NCBI GenBank assembly: GCA_964366325.1
Contig: CAYITD010000001.1
Location: forward strand, 119,634-183,633
Source: Candidatus Woesearchaeota archaeon
Lineage (GTDB): Archaea > Nanobdellota > Nanobdellia > Pacearchaeales > GW2011-AR1
DNA length: 64,000 bases
Direction of reading: 5' to 3'
Shown here: positions 59,586-64,000 of the stretch, piece by piece
How the letters are laid out: every line of letters starts with the position of its first letter
How positions within the stretch are numbered: position 1 is the first letter of the stretch
Position numbers and translations under genes: made by a program
The notes under the pieces: generated by a model
What the model saw: the letters and a program-made list of their open reading frames with translations, nothing else
Told to the model about the DNA's origin: nothing
Databases searched by the model: none

Positions 59586-59922
59586 GTAGCACAATCATTA
59601 AGTATCACCATAACTTTAGGTTTCACTCCAAACTTCCCCAAGGTTTTTCATAACTACTTGCTATTGTTATTGTATTTTATGGCTTTTAGCGCTATGATTG
59701 TGCGTGTAACCTGTTAAGTTCTGTCTAGGTATAGTAATTCCTTGAATAAGGAATGAATTTGACAGCCCTCTAAGGCATTCTTACCTTGTAAAATTTGTTT
59801 TAAAATATTTATACAATTTACCATATAAGTTATGTTGTAACTCTAAAGTAACTTCAAAAGAAAGATTTAAATACTCAATATTTCTAGGAAAATTGATATA
59901 AAGCAACATAAAACACATAAAA

Positions 59923-60093
59923 ATGACACAAAATCAAGCTAAAAGCTACACAATAACAAAAAGAATAGCAAAGCACGGCAAACAATCAGTCATACTTATT
60001 CCTAAATATCTACAAGAAGAACTAAGGCCTAAAACGATAGTAGAGGTAAGAATAAATATAGTTAAGGAGGCTGAAGAAAATGGCAGAGAATAA
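59923..60093 (+). CDS. Possible small AbrB/SpoVT-like protein
   Basis: 56 aa MTQNQAKSYTITKRIAKHGKQSVILIPKYLQEELRPKTIVEVRI resembles swapped-hairpin AbrB domain; overlaps start of AAA gene; below ORF-track cutoff. Confidence 0.2.
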   Translation: MTQNQAKSYTITKRIAKHGKQSVILIPKYLQEELRPKTIVEVRINIVKEAEENGRE

Positions 60094-61528
60094 AAATTTA
60101 ACAGAACAACAGAAAGTAAGAAAATTATACGACTTAATCGGCGATAGAGGTCTATATGTTAATACTAATTTTGATGTTTTCTCAGAAAAGCCAGAAATGG
60201 TAGCTTTAGCAGGCGGAGCAGGGTACAAAGTTCCTCTTATTCAACCAGGAACAAAAGCATATGCTTCTCCTTTATTGTTTGCATCACTCACTTCTCTTTT
60301 GAATCACGGAACTATGTTAATAACTGGAGCTCCAGGTATTGGTAAAACTACGGGTGCAGAGTTTGCAGGACATTTCTTCACAGGAACTAGTCTTGAAGAA
60401 ATTCTTGCTTCTGAAATCCAAGGTCATCCTCAATTAACTGAAGAAAAGATGGTTGCTTCTTATGATATAGGTAAGCTTGTAAGTACGGGAGAAAGAAAAG
60501 TTATTCCAAATAGATTCTTGAAGTGTGCTGTAAAAATTCTTGATGAAGGAAACAGAACTCCTTCTGATGTATTAAGTATCATGATGAGATTAGCGGATAC
60601 AGGTAAAGCTGTATATGGCGGTGAACTTCTTAAAGCGGAGCAAGGGCCTTTATATGTAACTGCAAATTATGCGGATGAAGGCACCTTCCAATTTACTCCT
60701 CCTTTTCTTGATCGTTTCGATGTTGCAGTTATGGTAACAAGTCCTCCTTCATGGGATTTAAATAAAATTAGAAAACGTGGAGATGAGAAATTAAATGGCG
60801 GTCTCGGTAATGCGGTTAATATTCCTGAAGGTCTTAAGCTTGACTTTGAAAAACTGAGAGCAGAGATTAAAAATATTCCTCAAGATGTAGAGTATGAAGT
60901 TCCGCAAATGAATGCTTTTGCCGACTTTGTTTATAGCTCGCTGAGATTTTCTGAGGCTGCAAGCGCAAACCTTGCCAGAGCTACAAAGGGAAACGCATGG
61001 CAAGTTAATCAAGATAACTCTCCACCAGGGCATTTTAAGGATTCTCCCTTTAATTATACGGTAAATGAATTAAGTGTGAGAACCGCACAAGCAATGCCTC
61101 GATATGCAAAAGCCTTTGCATGGATGAATGGAGACTCTAAAGTAACTCCTGCGCATCTTAAAACCATTCTTCCTTATATGTTATGGCATAAACTTCAGCC
61201 GACTCAAAAAGCAACAGCAGAAAATGCTTTACATGTTAATGATCGTATAGCTTTTGTTGAGGATTTAGTAGCAAGAATAGAAACAGACTATGATGAACTT
61301 CTAGGAAACTCTAAACTTTTACAAACCTATGCTGCTGCTTTGAAGGTTGTTAGAACTCATAAGATAAAAGATAATGATATTACTCCAGATCAAGTTCGTA
61401 GTGTTGTTAAAAATGCAATTACTCAGATAGGTGCTGAAGATAAAGCGTATGCTGTCACTTTGGCCGATCATATATCTTCTGAGTATAATTATAGTTTAAC
61501 AAATGAATATGACGCGCAACAACCTTAG
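60080..61528 (+). CDS. MoxR-family AAA+ ATPase
   Basis: Walker A LITGAPGIGKTTGAE, Walker B ILDEGNRTP, sensor/arginine region; 482 aa. Confidence 0.8.
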   Translation: MAENKNLTEQQKVRKLYDLIGDRGLYVNTNFDVFSEKPEMVALAGGAGYKVPLIQPGTKAYASPLLFASLTSLLNHGTMLITGAPGIGKTTGAEFAGHFFTGTSLEEILASEIQGHPQLTEEKMVASYDIGKLVSTGERKVIPNRFLKCAVKILDEGNRTPSDVLSIMMRLADTGKAVYGGELLKAEQGPLYVTANYADEGTFQFTPPFLDRFDVAVMVTSPPSWDLNKIRKRGDEKLNGGLGNAVNIPEGLKLDFEKLRAEIKNIPQDVEYEVPQMNAFADFVYSSLRFSEAASANLARATKGNAWQVNQDNSPPGHFKDSPFNYTVNELSVRTAQAMPRYAKAFAWMNGDSKVTPAHLKTILPYMLWHKLQPTQKATAENALHVNDRIAFVEDLVARIETDYDELLGNSKLLQTYAAALKVVRTHKIKDNDITPDQVRSVVKNAITQIGAEDKAYAVTLADHISSEYNYSLTNEYDAQQP

Positions 61529-62351
61529 ACCTTTGCTTCCTGTAAACCCACAAGGGTTAGACGATATAGCTTCTGCTTTATTAGATAATGCTCCTCCTAA
61601 GGATGATGAGGAAAATGTTCTTCCTGCAAGTATTAACAACCCAGAGAAACGTATTATTTTACCAACTAGAACTCATGGCCATTATAGTTATCCTGATTTA
61701 GTTGTAGATATGAATAGACTAGCCTACGATGCAACTGTAGAGAAAGCTGCAAAAGAATTGGGAATTAAGGTAAAAAATACGGGTAAAGAACAAAGCGGAC
61801 ATGACTATATTGGAAACATTAATTGGGAAACTGCTCTAAAATTAAATCAAAAATTAGGAAATGTTACTTTAAATCCGCGCCAGTTTATTGATTTAAGAGA
61901 ATTACTTGAAGCAGGGATAGATAAAAGTAAAAAAGTGTATGACGGGAAAGGCAAACCAATTGCTGTAGATATCCTTAAACAAGTCTATAACGAGATTACA
62001 GAAAAACGTGACCCTTGGAGATCTGAGTGGTTGGATGCTCGATTTACATCTAAAGGCAGATCTCTTGAAATTAATTATGACCATAGGTTATCTGGCGGAA
62101 ATCTTACAGCAGGGAAATCAGAAGCTCTAGAAGCTTATGTTGGTGAAAACTCATGGGTTGACGTTACGAGTTTTAATAGACAAGGGCTCCCTAAGAAAAA
62201 ATCAGCAACAGAAAAATTGTATTACTGGTTTCCTGTAGATGGATCTGTCGCTTGGTTCTATGCTGGTTCGGACGGGGCTGGCCTGTACTGCTATGGGGGT
62301 CCATCTGTCACTAATGCGTCGCTCGGGGTACGTGCCGCGCGAAAAAAATAG
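61503..62351 (+). CDS. DGR variable (target) protein with C-terminal CLec/FGE-like fold
   Basis: C-term YYWFPVDGSVAWFYAGSDGAGLYCYGGPSVTNASLGVRAARKK contains VR; Gly/Tyr/Trp-rich VR-encoded tail ending LGVRAAR like DGR targets (cf. LGFRCAR). Confidence 0.75.
   Translation: MNMTRNNLRPLLPVNPQGLDDIASALLDNAPPKDDEENVLPASINNPEKRIILPTRTHGHYSYPDLVVDMNRLAYDATVEKAAKELGIKVKNTGKEQSGHDYIGNINWETALKLNQKLGNVTLNPRQFIDLRELLEAGIDKSKKVYDGKGKPIAVDILKQVYNEITEKRDPWRSEWLDARFTSKGRSLEINYDHRLSGGNLTAGKSEALEAYVGENSWVDVTSFNRQGLPKKKSATEKLYYWFPVDGSVAWFYAGSDGAGLYCYGGPSVTNASLGVRAARKK
62243..62330 (+). repeat. DGR variable repeat (VR)
   Basis: 88 nt matching RC of 59498-59585 with adenine-specific substitutions; followed by GC-rich cgtgccgcgcg (IMH-like) and stop codon 19 nt later. 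Confidence 0.8.
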
Positions 62352-62360
62352 GAGTTTACT

Positions 62361-63983
62361 ATGGCACAAACACTAGACGTTAGAGTTAATGAAGCATGGA
62401 GTGATGCATTAAAGAGTTGGAACTCTCCTTCAGTTCCTTATGTCATTGCTCCTTCCAATCTTAAAGAAGTTAGAGGAATGGGAGAAATTGGAAAAGCTTT
62501 GGAAGGAGAATTCGCTTTTATGAAATATCCTGAATTTCAAACCTATATGAATCTCGAAAGAATTGTACAGAAATTCCCAACTGATCCTCAACGTGCAGCG
62601 AAAGCAATTGCAAAACATGAAGTGGGTCATAGGTTTTGCCCTTATGATATTGTTACGCTCATTACTTTAAATCATGCTATGAGTAAGGCATTGGAAGCTC
62701 AGAAAATTCCTTATGATGCAAAAGCAGCTGCGCAAAATATTATGAATTTATTTACTGATACTTGCATTAACACTCGTCTTGTTCAGAAGGGAGACGAAGA
62801 CATTTCTTGGGTGTATCAAGGGTTAAGTAAAGAAAAGAAAGGCAGCAAGTTATGGAATGTGTATGGAAGAAGTATGGAACTTATTTGGAAAAGGGATATT
62901 TTGCCGAAAAAGACAAAGTTGAGTGCCGAAGAGAAAACTAGTGCGCAAGATCTAGCAGAATTGTTTACCAGAGATTACTTTAATAGAGATACTTGGAAAG
63001 ATAATGGCATCCGTTATGCTGAAATTATAAGCAAGTTCTTAGAAAATGAAGAACAGGATGGAGATAGTGGGCTTGATAATAGCCTAGGCAATAACTTGCC
63101 TAAAACTATTGATGAAAAAACTGCGCAAGATCTAGCAAAACGTCTGGCTCAAATTGGTAGCGATGGATTGCCACAGAATGCTGAAGGAATGAAAGAATTC
63201 CAGGAAATCATGGCAGGATATGGAAAAGGGGACGCAATACAAGCAAGCATTCAGTTTTATGATATGCTTTCAAAATCTTATGACGTTATGTTTGCGACAA
63301 GACCTTTTGGAAGACCAAGAACAAATCCTTTCCAACCTGTAAAGTGGAATCCTTCAATGGGAACGGAGAGACTTGATGTTGATTATTCAATACATGCAGG
63401 AGGCAAAATTATTCCTGGAGTCAATACTTATGCATGGAACACACGTAAACGAGATGCTTTCGGAGGTCTTGAAGAAGTAGTACCTAATTTAGATATTTAT
63501 TTAGATACTTCAATGAGCATGCCTAATCCTATTCAGCAAATCAGTTTGCCTGTGTTAGCAGGCTTTGTTGTTGCTAAAAAAGCCCACAGAAAGGGAGCAA
63601 ATATTCGTGTAACTAATTTTAGCGGTAAAGGACAATCCGTGACACAAGATAATACGCGCGAATTAAATAAAGTATTTGAGACTCTGGTAGTCCACTATAA
63701 TGGCGGAACAGTGTTTCCAACAGCCACATTAAGTGAGGGGACAGATCCTAGACAAGTTTTAATTATAACTGATACTTTTTTGGGAAATGAAGCTGAAACA
63801 ACAAATGCGGTTAGTAATTTAAGGTCTAGAAATAAAGCTAATAAAGTAACAGTATACGAAATTCACCCAGGGAGTCACGGAAGTTATTTACGTGGAGCTG
63901 GAGCCGAAGTAATTAATGGAACAACTACAGATATATTTAAACGGGTAATAGGTAAAGCCAACGAGGTGTACGCAAATGCATAA
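62361..63983 (+). CDS. DUF2201-type putative metallopeptidase / von Willebrand factor A (VWA) domain protein
   Basis: N-terminal HExxH (AKHEVGHRF); C-terminal MIDAS DxSxS as YLDTSMSM plus downstream T/D residues; classic MoxR partner. Confidence 0.75.
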   Translation: MAQTLDVRVNEAWSDALKSWNSPSVPYVIAPSNLKEVRGMGEIGKALEGEFAFMKYPEFQTYMNLERIVQKFPTDPQRAAKAIAKHEVGHRFCPYDIVTLITLNHAMSKALEAQKIPYDAKAAAQNIMNLFTDTCINTRLVQKGDEDISWVYQGLSKEKKGSKLWNVYGRSMELIWKRDILPKKTKLSAEEKTSAQDLAELFTRDYFNRDTWKDNGIRYAEIISKFLENEEQDGDSGLDNSLGNNLPKTIDEKTAQDLAKRLAQIGSDGLPQNAEGMKEFQEIMAGYGKGDAIQASIQFYDMLSKSYDVMFATRPFGRPRTNPFQPVKWNPSMGTERLDVDYSIHAGGKIIPGVNTYAWNTRKRDAFGGLEEVVPNLDIYLDTSMSMPNPIQQISLPVLAGFVVAKKAHRKGANIRVTNFSGKGQSVTQDNTRELNKVFETLVVHYNGGTVFPTATLSEGTDPRQVLIITDTFLGNEAETTNAVSNLRSRNKANKVTVYEIHPGSHGSYLRGAGAEVINGTTTDIFKRVIGKANEVYANA

Positions 63984-64000
63984 TTCTTTTAGACCCTTAT

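Noticed and set aside
59517-59717. 66-aa plus-strand ORF in the ORF track
   Set aside because: Lies entirely over the DGR template repeat/RT upstream region on the opposite strand; composition-driven, no start context.
1-64000. CRISPR arrays, rRNA genes
   Set aside because: No regularly spaced direct repeats and no long GC-rich rRNA-like stretches were seen on either strand.

Overview
The window reads as an AT-rich, compact archaeal chromosome segment, with a DPANN-like look; that lineage call is an inference from gene content, not computed. Archaeal hallmarks present: archaeal/eukaryotic-type GluRS, LeuRS, SerRS and an IleRS-like class I synthetase; r-proteins S10 and the L18e-L13-S9 operon; RpoP, prefoldin beta and SepF; tRNA-Ser(GGA) and tRNA-Trp(CCA); many class-III-signal (archaeal type IV pilin-like) proteins; and two large S-layer-like surface proteins. 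Housekeeping and accessory genes include Ogg, LOG, TrmB, an FMN-dependent alpha-hydroxy-acid dehydrogenase, oligoendopeptidase F, XerA, LigT, VapBC-like PIN pairs, a HtrA-like protease and a D-2-hydroxyacid dehydrogenase.

The standout feature is a complete diversity-generating retroelement (DGR) at the 3' end of the window. A 378-aa reverse transcriptase (58338-59474, minus) carries the DGR-diagnostic motif LGNYTSQ...ANVYL plus YVDD. An 88-nt template repeat (59498-59585, minus) matches an 88-nt variable repeat at the 3' end of a 282-aa gene (61503-62351, plus). The roughly 18 differences between the repeats all fall at template adenines. The target gene ends in a CLec/FGE-like fold and sits between a MoxR-type AAA+ ATPase and a DUF2201-metallopeptidase/VWA protein. 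That block is noticeably more GC-rich than the host background.

Other second-look items:
- A Pol-beta nucleotidyltransferase-like insertion inside LeuRS.
- A Tpa1/OGFOD1-like two-DSBH oxygenase split across two ORFs.
- An oversized, apparently double ThyX-like gene beside tmk.
- A protein with four tandem HTH repeats fused to a PD-(D/E)xK domain.
- A pilin operon with an unusually long, conserved, nucleotide-repeated leader, plus a degenerate third copy elsewhere.
- A surface protein with a GF-TM-RR C-terminus next to a small Cys/Arg polytopic membrane protein (archaeosortase-like?).
- An 11-C homopolymer inside the RT gene.
- Small unannotated genes missed by the ORF track: rpoP, a zinc-ribbon ORF, an AbrB-like ORF.
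- A GC-rich nested hairpin in an AT-rich intergenic region.

No CRISPR array, rRNA, IS element or transposase was seen.
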